Shown: piece after piece, positions 27,842-38,257 of the stretch
Position numbering within the stretch: the first letter of the stretch is position 1
How the letters are laid out: each line of letters begins with the position of its first letter
Origin: Candidatus Poribacteria bacterium
Lineage (GTDB): Bacteria > Poribacteria > WGA-4E > WGA-3G
Assembly: GCA_964291315.2 (NCBI GenBank)
Contig: OZ219750.1
Coordinates: 576,001-640,000 of the forward strand
Direction of reading: 5' to 3'
Length of the DNA stretch: 64,000 bases
Notes under the pieces: model-generated
Told to the model about the DNA's origin: nothing
The model's input: only the letters and a program-made list of their open reading frames with translations
Databases searched by the model: none
Position numbers and translations under genes: made by a program

Positions 27842-29617
27842 TTGAACGCGTCCAAAAAGAAACTGATTTTGGGGAGTGGCAGCATAGCGATCCGCTTGTT
27901 GGGTTATCTCAAACCCTATTGGGGTATCGCCCTTTTATGTGTGCTCCTCCAGATCGTTTACCGGGCTACCTACTTGGTCAACCCATGGATAGAAGGGCAG
28001 TTGCTGGACCGGGTCTTTGGAGCGAAAGATGCCGATTTTCTACCTGTCCTTGTGAGTTTGTGGATGGGTATCGCCCTTGCGACCTATCTCACGAATCTGG
28101 TTTTGGCGTATCTTCTGAGAAACGTCACTTGTCAAACCCGCCGAGATATGCAACTGCAGGTTTACCAACATTTGCGGTTCCTCCCGTGCCGTTTCTACGA
28201 TAATCACACAACGGGGCAGATCATGGCTAACATCAGTTCCGATACAGAGTCGGCTGCGGGAGGGATTTTGTCAAGTGGCTGGATGCTCCTCTCGGGGATT
28301 GAATTTGTCATTACTCTGACGTTTGTGTTCGCGGTGAATCCATGGTTGGGGCTTTTTAGTATTCCGTTTGCCTTTGCCGTTGTTGGGCTCCCCTTTCTAT
28401 TTCGAAGGCCTGTGCAAAACGCTTCGAAGCAGGTCTTGCAGGAGAAAGAGAGCATTTCGTCAAGGCTTCAAGAAGGGATTGCGGGCTCGAGAGAGATAAA
28501 AGCCCTCGGTCATGAGCTGCGAGACATGGGTCGCATTCGGCGTTCAATAGACACCCTCATTCGTGCTGAACTCTATCAAACCTTAATCGGGGGCCTGACG
28601 ACCCTTGGCCCCCTTGCTTCTTGGTTGGGCCATCCGCTTTTCTTTCTCATCGGTGGGAAAATGGTGCTGGCCGGACACATCAGCGTCGGTTTTTTGTGGA
28701 TGGCAAACCGTTATTTACATCTGGTCACCCTGCCGCTACATCGGGTCGCCCAGGATGAATATCCAAAGCTTCTCCGAACCGGGGAGGGGGCAAAACGGGT
28801 GTTCGCTTTCCTCGAAAATCGAGCCGAACCCAACGATAGTATTGAGGCTGCTGACTTGCAAGGAAGTGTCCGGTTTGAAGGTGTCCATTTCAACTACAAT
28901 GGAACTACAGAAGTCCTTCAGAACGTCGGTTTTGAGGTGCAGCCCGGTCAAACCGCGGCACTCGTGGGCCCCAGCGGTGCAGGGAAAAGCACGATTCTCA
29001 ACCTGCTGCCGCGTTTCTACGAACCCACGCAAGGACACATCTTGGTTGATGAACACGATATCACGACACTTAAATTGAGAACCTTGAGATCGCAGATCGG
29101 CACGGTGTTTCAAGATCCTTATCTCTTTTCAGGTTCGATTGAAGAAAATATCCGAATGGGTGCTCGACACCCGGAAAACGTGAAAAGGGAGGACATCATA
29201 GCCGCTGCCACCGCTGCCACCGCCCACGGCTTTATCACGCAGCTCAAAGAGGGCTACGCCACAGAGATAGGCGAGCGGGGCATCAAACTCTCCGGGGGTG
29301 AGCGGCAACGGATTGCCATCGCTCGTTCCCTGATTCGGAATCCAAAGATTCTCCTTCTCGATGAAGCCACTTCCGCACTCGACTCGGAGACAGAGCGGGG
29401 TGTCACGGAAGCGTTAGAACGACTGATGAAGGGCAGGACCTCGTTTGTAATTGCACACCGATTGTCTACTGTGCTGAGCGCGGATGTGATTCTTGCCGTG
29501 GAAAATGGGAAAATTGTGGAACAAGGCACACATCAGGAGTTGATAGCCCGCGGCGGGCTCTATGCCCGGTTGTATCGCTTACAATTTGCGACCCCCGGCG
29601 ATCCAAACGATCAATAA
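27842..29617 (+). CDS. ABC exporter, fused permease + ATPase, no peptidase domain
   Basis: TM domain then GPSGAGKST, LSGGERQR, LLLDEATSALD. Confidence 0.93.
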   Translation: MNASKKKLILGSGSIAIRLLGYLKPYWGIALLCVLLQIVYRATYLVNPWIEGQLLDRVFGAKDADFLPVLVSLWMGIALATYLTNLVLAYLLRNVTCQTRRDMQLQVYQHLRFLPCRFYDNHTTGQIMANISSDTESAAGGILSSGWMLLSGIEFVITLTFVFAVNPWLGLFSIPFAFAVVGLPFLFRRPVQNASKQVLQEKESISSRLQEGIAGSREIKALGHELRDMGRIRRSIDTLIRAELYQTLIGGLTTLGPLASWLGHPLFFLIGGKMVLAGHISVGFLWMANRYLHLVTLPLHRVAQDEYPKLLRTGEGAKRVFAFLENRAEPNDSIEAADLQGSVRFEGVHFNYNGTTEVLQNVGFEVQPGQTAALVGPSGAGKSTILNLLPRFYEPTQGHILVDEHDITTLKLRTLRSQIGTVFQDPYLFSGSIEENIRMGARHPENVKREDIIAAATAATAHGFITQLKEGYATEIGERGIKLSGGERQRIAIARSLIRNPKILLLDEATSALDSETERGVTEALERLMKGRTSFVIAHRLSTVLSADVILAVENGKIVEQGTHQELIARGGLYARLYRLQFATPGDPNDQ

Positions 29618-29693
29618 CTGGTTCATCCACTAGTTCTTCGTTCTAGGATTCTCAAGAAAACGAAAAACTCTCTTCACCTTTTGGAGACATCCG

Positions 29694-30995
29694 ATGCATT
29701 TCACCGAAGCTTTCTTCATGAGCTGCACCGCAATCCTGGCAAATAAGATGCGTTCATTGCTGACGACGCTTGGCATTCTCATCGGGGTTGCCTCGGTGCT
29801 GGCAATGATAGCGATCGGTGATGGTGCGAAGGAAATTGTGCGACAAGACGCACAGAAATTGGGCGGTGCTAATCAGTTTATAATGTTCCGTTCGGGATAT
29901 GAATGGAAAGGGAATAAATGGGTGAAAGTCCGTCATAACGAATACCTCGAATATGGCGATGTCTTGGCGATTGCAGCGGAATGTCCATCGGTGAGTGCTG
30001 TCACCCCGAGAATTTGGGACTCGGGCGGTGTGCTAATTCAAGCCGCAGGTGGCACTGAAACCCGCGCAGGATATAATGGCGTAGATGCTACCTATCAAAC
30101 TGTCATGGATTGGGATCTCCAAGAAGGACGTTTTATCACCGCTGAAGATGTGGAGAACGCAACGAAAGTCTGTGTCCTCGGGGATGAAGTCTCGACGGCT
30201 CTCTTTGGAGAGAACTCCGCTTTGGGACAGGAAATCAAAATCGTAAGAGATGTCGGCCACTACGATCGATATGGTCGAAAAGCGGGGCGGCGTGCCGCAG
30301 AACGTTTCACGGTTGTCGGGACCTTTGTGCCGAGAGGCAGGACTCTTCGGTTCGGATCGAGTTTCGACACGCTTGTCTTCCTCCCGATATCTACCGTGCA
30401 AAAACGCTTCACAGGTAATGATCGGATTCAGCGCGTCTTAGTCTTCGTGCATAGGGTTGAGGATATGCCAAAGGCGATTGAGGAAGTAAAAGCGGTTATC
30501 CGCAAACGACACAGAAACCAAGATAGCTTCGTCCATATCTTTGAGATGCGAAAAGGTATAGCACAGCTAGAAAAAATAAGCAAAGTGATCAAGATTGCCC
30601 TCGGCAGCATCGCCGGTTTTTCGCTGCTTGTGGGTGGTATTGGTATTATGAATATGATGTTAGTTGCTGTAAACGAACGCACGCGCGAAATCGGGCTTCG
30701 GAAGGCAGTTGGTGCCAAACGCCGGGACATTCTGCTGCAGTTTCTCATAGAAGCAATGATGATGTGTGGTGTAGGAGGCGTGCTGGGTATTGGGTTCGGG
30801 ATTTTCGCAGGTGAAGGCATGGCACACCTTGCTGTCAACATCGTCAAAATCGTCCTCGAATGGCCGGCGGTTCTCTCGACAGAATGGATATTGATTTCGG
30901 TCACCTTTTCTGCGGTCATCGGTATCTCGTTTGGGCTGTATCCTGCGATAAAAGCCGCATCGCTCTCCCCAATGGAGGCACTACGTGCGGATTAA
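29694..30995 (+). CDS. MacB/FtsX-family ABC permease
   Basis: NKMRSLLTTLGILIGV, GGIGIMNMMLVAVNERTREIGLRKAVGA. Confidence 0.92.
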   Translation: MHFTEAFFMSCTAILANKMRSLLTTLGILIGVASVLAMIAIGDGAKEIVRQDAQKLGGANQFIMFRSGYEWKGNKWVKVRHNEYLEYGDVLAIAAECPSVSAVTPRIWDSGGVLIQAAGGTETRAGYNGVDATYQTVMDWDLQEGRFITAEDVENATKVCVLGDEVSTALFGENSALGQEIKIVRDVGHYDRYGRKAGRRAAERFTVVGTFVPRGRTLRFGSSFDTLVFLPISTVQKRFTGNDRIQRVLVFVHRVEDMPKAIEEVKAVIRKRHRNQDSFVHIFEMRKGIAQLEKISKVIKIALGSIAGFSLLVGGIGIMNMMLVAVNERTREIGLRKAVGAKRRDILLQFLIEAMMMCGVGGVLGIGFGIFAGEGMAHLAVNIVKIVLEWPAVLSTEWILISVTFSAVIGISFGLYPAIKAASLSPMEALRAD

Positions 30996-31391
30996 AACAA
31001 GGCACTTGATCCTCACGACACCTTCAAAACACACCGCCAGAAAGATCAGCGGATTCTGCCAAACCTCGCTGATTAGACATCAATGAATCAACACCAATAT
31101 TCGTTCTGTCTGCTCTGTGTTTATTTTGGGCAAAATGGGAATATGAGCGAGGCACCCTAAAAAAATCCGAAAATGCGCTTCGAGGCCAGATATTGCCAAG
31201 TTACCCTTTTTATATAAAAATAAACAGAAAAACGGATACGGATTGCTTTAAAATTCAGAACCGTTCAATTGTCGAGGTGTCCTTTACGTGTGGGTATGTC
31301 GCTCCACGGTTTCATCAGAGATAGCGTGCCTTTTCACGCCACCTCTGATAGGATATACCTCATTATACAAACGCATATTCTGAGGTGCTCC

Positions 31392-31559
31392 ATGAAAAAG
31401 AAAACGGGCCACTTCCTTGGCATATTAGCAGAGTCCCCAGATTTTCGAGATGTCCGCGGCAAACGCTATCCGTTCCCCGCTATTTTCGCCTTCGTCATTA
31501 TTGTACCAAAAAAGCTCCGTGTGAGCTCTGTGAGTTCGGCCGTTAAAATTCAATTCTGA
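31392..31559 (+). mobile_element. Remnant N-terminus of an ISAs1-family transposase
   Basis: LAESPDFRDVRGKRYPFPAIFAF resembles the DDE_Tnp_1-associated L..DPR..RG.R..L..I motif; truncated. Confidence 0.6.
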
Positions 31560-31725
31560 TACTAAATGATTTTCGGAAAAGTATTGCCGTCGTGTCAGGA
31601 TTGTGATAGAATAATGATATTCTGCAACATGGGCTTTCAAGTTGTTTCCTTAAGTTTAAAATCAAATTCTTTCTGCCTGACCTCGTACTGATATTCTACA
31701 GTTACACAATTGAGGTTATAGCATT

Positions 31726-32493
31726 ATGAGCAATTCTCATTTACGTTATCTACACGTTGCGCAAGAGGTTCTGAGACAGATTGAGGCTACACAAGCTGAA
31801 GCAATTACACAAGTGTCGGAGATGTGTGCCGAGACAATAGCAGCAGCAGGTCTCGTCTATTTGTTCGGTTCCGGACATTCCCGTATGGCTGTTGAAGAAA
31901 TTTTCCCACGCTATGGAAGTTTCCCTGGTTTTTTCCCTATCGTCGAGTTAGCTGTCACATTTCACAATCAAGTTGTCGGCTGCAACGGCCAACGTCAGGC
32001 GCTCTTTTTAGAAAATGTTTCAGGATATGCAGAAGTAATTCTACGCAACTTTACCTTCGGTCCGCACGACTTTATAATAGTGTTTTCTAATTCTGGGGCG
32101 AATATCCTCCCTATTGAAATGGCAATGGGTGCTAAGGCGCGGGATCTTCCGGTCGTTGCAATAAGTTCAGTTGCACACAGTCGTTCGTCTACCTCAAAAC
32201 ACCCTTCTGGCAGACGTCTGTTTGAGGTTGCTGATCTAACGATTGATAACTGTAATCCGCCTGGGGATGCTGTAGTAGAAATACCAAATTTAACCTATCC
32301 GGTAGGTCCCACCTCCAGCATCGGGACCCTGTCTATAGTGAATGCCATTAAGTGCCAAGTTGCGGAGTTGCTAACAGCGCGCGGGAAACCGCCTGTTGTA
32401 CTGACGGGGGCTCATTTCCTCGGCCCTGAAGAATCAGCGAAGCAAATTGAACGCGCTTATGATGATTACAAGGCTCGTGTCCGTCGAAGTTAA
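31726..32493 (+). CDS. SIS-domain sugar isomerase-like protein
   Basis: FGSGHS, FSNSG, DNCNPPGDA, GPTSS. Confidence 0.85.
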   Translation: MSNSHLRYLHVAQEVLRQIEATQAEAITQVSEMCAETIAAAGLVYLFGSGHSRMAVEEIFPRYGSFPGFFPIVELAVTFHNQVVGCNGQRQALFLENVSGYAEVILRNFTFGPHDFIIVFSNSGANILPIEMAMGAKARDLPVVAISSVAHSRSSTSKHPSGRRLFEVADLTIDNCNPPGDAVVEIPNLTYPVGPTSSIGTLSIVNAIKCQVAELLTARGKPPVVLTGAHFLGPEESAKQIERAYDDYKARVRRS

Positions 32494-32511
32494 CGCCACA
32501 CAATTTTCCGG

Positions 32512-32540
32512 TTGACTTCTCGCGTGCAAACTTATATACT
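32512..32540 (+). promoter_or_regulatory. Sigma70-type promoter of the nadD cluster
   Basis: TTGACT-17 nt-TATACT. Confidence 0.65.
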
Positions 32541-32601
32541 TTAAACATAACGAAGAGAGGCTGCGTTTACTGAATTGAGCTAGGATCCGCAGGACATTCT
32601 G

Positions 32602-33207
32602 ATGTTGAACACTATTGAAAGGATTGCAGTCATGGGTGGAACATTCAATCCGATCCATTATGCACATCTACTAAGTGCAGAACAGGTTCGAACTGGGCTG
32701 GGCTATGATAAAATCCTGTTTATTCCTTCTGCTAGGCCGCCTCATAAAGTTTCCAATGTTAGTATTATCGCTCCCGAACACCGGTACCAAATGGTACGCT
32801 TGGCAATTGCAGGAAACCTGAATTTTGAAGTGTCACGTATTGAATTAGATCGGGCGGGGCCTTCATACACCATTGATACCTTAAAAACCCTGGAGCAGCA
32901 GTACGGAAGTACCCATAGACTCGGGTGGATTATCGGCGCGGATTCGCTTATTGAGTATAAAATCTGGAAAAACTTTGATGAAGTCTTATCGCGATGCGTT
33001 ATGATTGCGACAACGCGTCCGAATTACGATTTAAATCGAGTGCCGCTAGAGGTGCGCAATCGGGTTACAACATTTCCAGTAACGGGTGTTGATATATCTG
33101 CTACAGTAATTCGAAACCGGGTTAGCAAGCGGTTGTCAATTCGGTATCTTGTACCAGAGGAAGTTCGATCCTACATCTATCACCATGAGTTGTATCAAAG
33201 GACGTGA
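32602..33207 (+). CDS. nadD: Nicotinate-nucleotide adenylyltransferase
   Basis: GGTFNPIHYAH, PPHK, SYTIDT, GADS, ISATVIR. Confidence 0.95.
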   Translation: MLNTIERIAVMGGTFNPIHYAHLLSAEQVRTGLGYDKILFIPSARPPHKVSNVSIIAPEHRYQMVRLAIAGNLNFEVSRIELDRAGPSYTIDTLKTLEQQYGSTHRLGWIIGADSLIEYKIWKNFDEVLSRCVMIATTRPNYDLNRVPLEVRNRVTTFPVTGVDISATVIRNRVSKRLSIRYLVPEEVRSYIYHHELYQRT

Positions 33208-33211
33208 AGAT

Positions 33212-33445
33212 ATGCAGCATAATTGCAGTATGTGTGGAACAGTTTACGATTTGGCGTGGAAAGAAGGCACCCCTTTACCGAAAAATTTTCCATTCTGTAG
33301 TGCTAGGTGTAAAGCAGTGGATTTGGCAAAATGGTTGAATGAGGAATACACTATCAGTACCTCGTTGCCGGGCACGGTATCATCAAACACCGATCAGGAG
33401 CTCCTTATCGAATTAGCAATTGACCTCGACGATGATGCGGGTTAA
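33212..33445 (+). CDS. yacG: DNA gyrase inhibitor YacG
   Basis: CSMCG...FPFCSARCKAVDLAKWLNEEY. Confidence 0.85.
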   Translation: MQHNCSMCGTVYDLAWKEGTPLPKNFPFCSARCKAVDLAKWLNEEYTISTSLPGTVSSNTDQELLIELAIDLDDDAG

Positions 33446-33455
33446 GCGGTAGAGG

Positions 33456-34118
33456 TTGACGGATATGAACTTACAAGAAATATCTGATAACGTTCTAAAT
33501 CCACAAAGCAGTAGAACCAGGTCTATATTAGAAGCACTTCGGACACACGCGAAATCGGTTGAGATTTGCTCCTATCTTTCAGCTAAATTAAGTACGGAAC
33601 GCCTTCAGCATGTTTTTTCTGTACAAGAAATGGCAATTGGCTTGGCACGCGCGCACAAAGCAGATATATGGCACGTTAACCTTGCTGCACTTTTGCACGA
33701 CAGCGCGAAGTGGATGAATTCCCAGCAGTTATATACAGAAATAGAACGGTACAAAATTTGTCTTGATCCGGTTGAGAAATTAAACCCTTCACTTTTACAT
33801 CCACTTGTCGGGGCAGAACTAGCGCTAGAGAGGTTTAAGGTAACTGAGTTTGAAATACTTGAAGCGATTCGCAACCATACGACTGGAAACCCGTCGATGG
33901 GAATTATTTCTCAAGTGCTATATGTCGCGGACTTTGCGGAGCCGAGGCGTACGCATAGTGGAGTTCATATCGTCAGAAAGTTTGCATACACAGAGTTGAA
34001 ACGTGCAGTGTATCATGTTGCGCGCGCGAAGATTGAGGATCTGCTACAAAAAGGGGTGATGATTCATCCGAACACCCTTCATACATACAACAAAATGTTT
34101 ACTAATCTTAGTAATTAA
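33456..34118 (+). CDS. yqeK: YqeK-type HD-domain Ap4A hydrolase
   Basis: RLQH, LLHDSAK, AIRNHTTG, YVADFAEP; nadD/rsfS context. Confidence 0.88.
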   Translation: MTDMNLQEISDNVLNPQSSRTRSILEALRTHAKSVEICSYLSAKLSTERLQHVFSVQEMAIGLARAHKADIWHVNLAALLHDSAKWMNSQQLYTEIERYKICLDPVEKLNPSLLHPLVGAELALERFKVTEFEILEAIRNHTTGNPSMGIISQVLYVADFAEPRRTHSGVHIVRKFAYTELKRAVYHVARAKIEDLLQKGVMIHPNTLHTYNKMFTNLSN

Positions 34119-34176
34119 TTTCAGAGCCGGTGCCTGTGCACATCCAGCAGTAACGGAGAGCAGTAAGGAAAATCAA

Positions 34177-34623
34177 ATGGCAGAACATAACACGTTAGAG
34201 ATAGTAAAAACTGCGGCTTCTGCCGCGATGAGTCGGCGCGCACAAGATGGTGTTATTCTCGATCTGCGAGAACTTGAGTGTTTCACAGACTTTTTTGCGA
34301 TCTTCAGTGGTGTTTCCGATATCCAAGTGGAAGGTATTTCTCAATCTGTCCTTGAGGAACTTGAGACGAATTGGGGCCAACGGCCTTGGCATCAGGAGGG
34401 CGAGCGTAAAGCGGATTGGATTTTATTGGACTACGTCGATTTTGTTGTTCATGTCTTTCTTGCCGAGAGGCGCGCCTATTATAACCTTGAACGCTTGTGG
34501 TCGGAAGCTAAACGAATTGAAATACCGGAATTAACAATGCCTATGCCTCTAGAGTATCAGTTAGACGACGATTCGGAAAACGCTGTGGATCCGGATGGGG
34601 CCTTGGTTTTTGGGAAGAGCTAG
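34177..34623 (+). CDS. rsfS: Ribosome silencing factor
   Basis: WILLDYVDFVVHVF...RAYYNLERLW. Confidence 0.93.
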   Translation: MAEHNTLEIVKTAASAAMSRRAQDGVILDLRELECFTDFFAIFSGVSDIQVEGISQSVLEELETNWGQRPWHQEGERKADWILLDYVDFVVHVFLAERRAYYNLERLWSEAKRIEIPELTMPMPLEYQLDDDSENAVDPDGALVFGKS

Positions 34624-34691
34624 GAAGAAACATCTCAGGGGTAGATTGCTTCCTAAAGAGGTAGAGACCTGCGGAAATCAACAGGCAGAGG

Positions 34692-35426
34692 CTAATCGCA
34701 GCTTACAAGGAGCACCGTGACGTTATCTGTGCCGCCGTAGTTGAGTGCTTTGTTGACAAGATTATCGCACGCTTCTTCAAGGGTGGCAGCAGACATAATA
34801 ATGCCAGCGATTTCCTGGTCGTCTACAATTAGGTCGTGTAAGCCATCGGTACAGGCGACGACAATGTCCCCACGGACAAGTGGGTGGGTGTCAGCATTGG
34901 TGGTGACTGTTCGTCTCAGTCCGATTGCTTGTGTGATAATGTTCCGTTTCTCATGGACACGGGCTTCTTCAGACGTTATTTCGCCTTTTTCGACCATTTT
35001 TTGGACCAGAGAATCGTCTGTTGTTATTTGTGTGAGTTTGCCGTCGCGCAGAACGTAGAGTCGACTATCCCCGACATGGACATAAGCAAGGTAACTGAAC
35101 GTAACAAAGCCAGCAATCAGAGTTGTTCCTATGCTGCAGGCTTTGCTACTCTTTTTGGAGGCAGTGTAGATGTGTTGATTCGCTTTTTCAGCGAGGGAGC
35201 TCAAAACGCCGAGCTTCTTCATGGGGCCCAAATCGCTATGTAGAGATGTTTCTGCTTGGGCCCACTGCTGAATAATATCAAGCGCGAGTTTACTTGCTAG
35301 GCCCCCTCGTTCGTGACCGCTCATACCGTCGGCGATAGCAAACAACTGAAGCTGTGTATCGAAATAGTATCGGTCTTCGTTTGTATCACGAAGTTTACCT
35401 ATGTCCGTTTTTGCTGCAAATTGCAT
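34692..35426 (-). CDS. PP2C-type Ser/Thr phosphatase
   Basis: NED, ADGM, HVGDSR, CTDGL, GGTDNVT. Confidence 0.92.
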   Translation of the reverse strand: MQFAAKTDIGKLRDTNEDRYYFDTQLQLFAIADGMSGHERGGLASKLALDIIQQWAQAETSLHSDLGPMKKLGVLSSLAEKANQHIYTASKKSSKACSIGTTLIAGFVTFSYLAYVHVGDSRLYVLRDGKLTQITTDDSLVQKMVEKGEITSEEARVHEKRNIITQAIGLRRTVTTNADTHPLVRGDIVVACTDGLHDLIVDDQEIAGIIMSAATLEEACDNLVNKALNYGGTDNVTVLLVSCD

Positions 35427-36094
35427 TTTTCAGCGTCCGTCGCATCAAATGTGATTGATAAAGTAAAAGGTTAGCACATGCTGCATCTCTAAGGAAGGTA
35501 CATACTCATTCAGAGAAACCGTTTATTTTCTCATAGTTGGTAGAAAAAACGATAGAGTATGAATTTAGTTTCAAAATTCTAGCGGGACCTATTATTTTGT
35601 TAATTGAACGTTTTGTGATATTTATTTTTTCTGTTTTGAGAGGACAAAGTGTTACTTTTCTGTGAAGGTCTCTTTGCTTGTGTTATCCTATAAGTCCATC
35701 AGACAAAGGGGGACATGAAAATGGAACTACGGTCTATTGTAAAAGAACCTACTGTGCAACTGAAAAACCTCCTACTTACTCTTGTAGTAGTTGCAGCTGT
35801 GATTTCACAGCCTGAAAGCTTTCCTTCCAAATGCGGAAACGGCCCCTCTATTACCAGCGATCTCTTAGCGATTGGGTGGCTCGTTCGTCGACATTGCCGA
35901 AAATCGAAAGGTTGTTTTGGGCGAGTTCTAGGATGATGGACAGTTTTTTTGGATATCCGGTGTGATCTGCACCGTTGCTGGTCGGCTGGTGGCGACTGTT
36001 ACTGGTGATTCAGCTCACGAAGACTCCCCGCAGATATATCTGATGGATGTGTCTGCACTGAAGTGAGTTTACTTAATATCGGAAGAGGACTCTG

Positions 36095-37153
36095 ATGCTG
36101 CGAGATGATTGTTCTTATGACAAAAGTGGAAGGCTGCCAAGTATTGTCAAATGTGCGTTTGCTGATATTAATGACAAACGTGACGCTACTGTTTTGACAA
36201 CGGAACCATCATGGGCAGTTGTTGCTGGCATTGCCATAAACCCGAAACAACTTATTTATATTGATGGGAATACGCAAACATACGTAACCGCGCTTGCCAA
36301 AGCGTGTGAAGGAGAAGTGGTTTACGGAATCGGCGGAGGTTTAGCAATTGACCTTGCTAAGTATGTTGCAGCGGCAAATGGGCTCCCTTTAGTTGCTCTT
36401 CCGACAATTTTGTCAACGGATGCTTTTCTCACTGATGCGACAGGTGTTAGGGAAAACGGGTGTGTCCGCTATCTCACTTCAAAAGTACCCGACACCGTTA
36501 TTGTAGATGTCGATCTTTTGTGCAATGCTCCGGCCTCAATGCGTGCTAGCGGTGCTGCGGATGTTCTCTCAATTGCAACAGCAATGTGGGATTGGCAAGA
36601 AGCCGAGAAAATGGGTAAAAACCCGCCTTGTCAGCAGGTTACACCGCAAGCAATTGATATGGGTGCTACCCTACTTCAGACTCTGCTTGATAACGTCCGC
36701 GAGATCGGGCGTGGAACGCCGATAGGTCTGGAGCTTCTACTAGATCTCCTTTGTATGGAAGTTCAACTCTGTTATCTGTGTGGACATAGCCGCGTAGAAG
36801 AAGGGAGCGAACACCATTTTGTCTATGCAATTGAAAAATATCTAACGTCTGTTAAGGGGAAACACGACAGTTCCGATAAAAATGGAGGTCCTATTTTACA
36901 CGGCGAACTAGTGGGGCTCGGCGTTTTGCTGATGGCTGCATTGCAATCTCAACCCTGGACACAGTATCGTCATGCGTTGGAGTGTTTACAGATTAACTAC
37001 CGGTGCCCGCTCCTTTCTACTGATGCAATTGCTGAGACGCTTGTTGGCCTATCCGATTATGTTGCTGAACATAAACTACCTTACACTGTCGCGACAGCGT
37101 TGCGAATTACTCCGGATATCGCCGAACGGACCATACAAACAGTATTGAGTTAA
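36095..37153 (+). CDS. sn-glycerol-1-phosphate dehydrogenase-like (EgsA/AraM family) protein
   Basis: GIGGGLAIDLAKY, PTILSTDA, GSEH, LHGELVGLG. Confidence 0.7.
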   Translation: MLRDDCSYDKSGRLPSIVKCAFADINDKRDATVLTTEPSWAVVAGIAINPKQLIYIDGNTQTYVTALAKACEGEVVYGIGGGLAIDLAKYVAAANGLPLVALPTILSTDAFLTDATGVRENGCVRYLTSKVPDTVIVDVDLLCNAPASMRASGAADVLSIATAMWDWQEAEKMGKNPPCQQVTPQAIDMGATLLQTLLDNVREIGRGTPIGLELLLDLLCMEVQLCYLCGHSRVEEGSEHHFVYAIEKYLTSVKGKHDSSDKNGGPILHGELVGLGVLLMAALQSQPWTQYRHALECLQINYRCPLLSTDAIAETLVGLSDYVAEHKLPYTVATALRITPDIAERTIQTVLS

Positions 37154-37164
37154 GACTGAAAACT

Positions 37165-38238
37165 ATGGAACAGAAAAACCGCCAGACACGATCAGATCTC
37201 CCGATCTCGGTACCGCATGACCAATCCGTCGTAATTGATTCACATAATGATGCTATTGTAGCACATATCCGCCGGGGTAATGTCAGTCTTGCTGATGAAG
37301 ACTGCCAGAATCCGACAGTTCCTGTCGGAACCGTTGCGTATCTGCGTGGGCCGGTGCCACCCGAAGAGGAAGCAATTGGGATCCAGGTCAATATCCCGAA
37401 AATGCGGAAGGGCGGTATTGATGCTGCCTTTTTTGCTGTTGATGTGACACGCGCATGGAAGAACCATCTTGCGTATGCTATGGATGCTTTCGGGTGGTTT
37501 GATACAGAAATAGCAGCCAACTACTCGGATATCTGTGTGGCGCGCCAAGCGAAAGATATTCGAGCGGCAAAAGCTGCTGGCAAAATCGCGGCAGTTCTTG
37601 CTATTGAAAACAGCGAAGCCGTTGAACGAAGTCTGAATATCCTCCGCGCCCTTTACTTGTTGGGGGTTCGCTCAATCGGATTAACCCATAATCCAAATAC
37701 GTGGGCATCAACAGGAAATGAGGAGGAAGATTCCGGCGGTGGCTTGACAAAATTCGGTGTGGCGTTAGTCAAAGAGATGAACTGTTTAGGGATGCTTGTC
37801 GATGTTTCCCATATTAGTGAGCGTGGTTTTTGGGATGTTTTGGAAATCTCAGAACGGCCCGTCATCGCTTCTCATAGCAATTGCCGGACCTTATGCCATC
37901 ACCCACGAAACTTGAGCAATGAGCAGTTGAAAGCTCTGGCAGCTAATGGTGGTGTTGTTGGTATTACCTTTGTACCTGGATTTATTAGCGTGGACGGTTG
38001 GACAAAAATGCCGCCGTTGGCCCAACTCCTCAATCATTTTGCCTATGCAATCGACATTGCAGGGATAGACCATGTCGGAATCGGTTCAGATTTTGATGGT
38101 GGAGGCGACTTACTCAAAGATGCGGGCGAGTTCGTCAAAATTGCGCAGGAATTAAGTGATCGCGGTTATTCCGATGAGGATATCCGAAAAGTGCTTGGCG
38201 AAAATCATCTGCGCGTCTTTGAGGCGACGTGTGGATAG
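37165..38238 (+). CDS. Membrane dipeptidase (M19)
   Basis: DSHND, VDVSH, ASHSN, GIGSDFDG. Confidence 0.92.
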   Translation: MEQKNRQTRSDLPISVPHDQSVVIDSHNDAIVAHIRRGNVSLADEDCQNPTVPVGTVAYLRGPVPPEEEAIGIQVNIPKMRKGGIDAAFFAVDVTRAWKNHLAYAMDAFGWFDTEIAANYSDICVARQAKDIRAAKAAGKIAAVLAIENSEAVERSLNILRALYLLGVRSIGLTHNPNTWASTGNEEEDSGGGLTKFGVALVKEMNCLGMLVDVSHISERGFWDVLEISERPVIASHSNCRTLCHHPRNLSNEQLKALAANGGVVGITFVPGFISVDGWTKMPPLAQLLNHFAYAIDIAGIDHVGIGSDFDGGGDLLKDAGEFVKIAQELSDRGYSDEDIRKVLGENHLRVFEATCG

Positions 38239-38257
38239 CGGATTTCATAGAAGACTG

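Noticed and set aside
35715-36066. 73-aa ORF with RBS plus downstream hydrophobic frame
   Set aside because: No recognisable family; may be a decayed gene but cannot be supported
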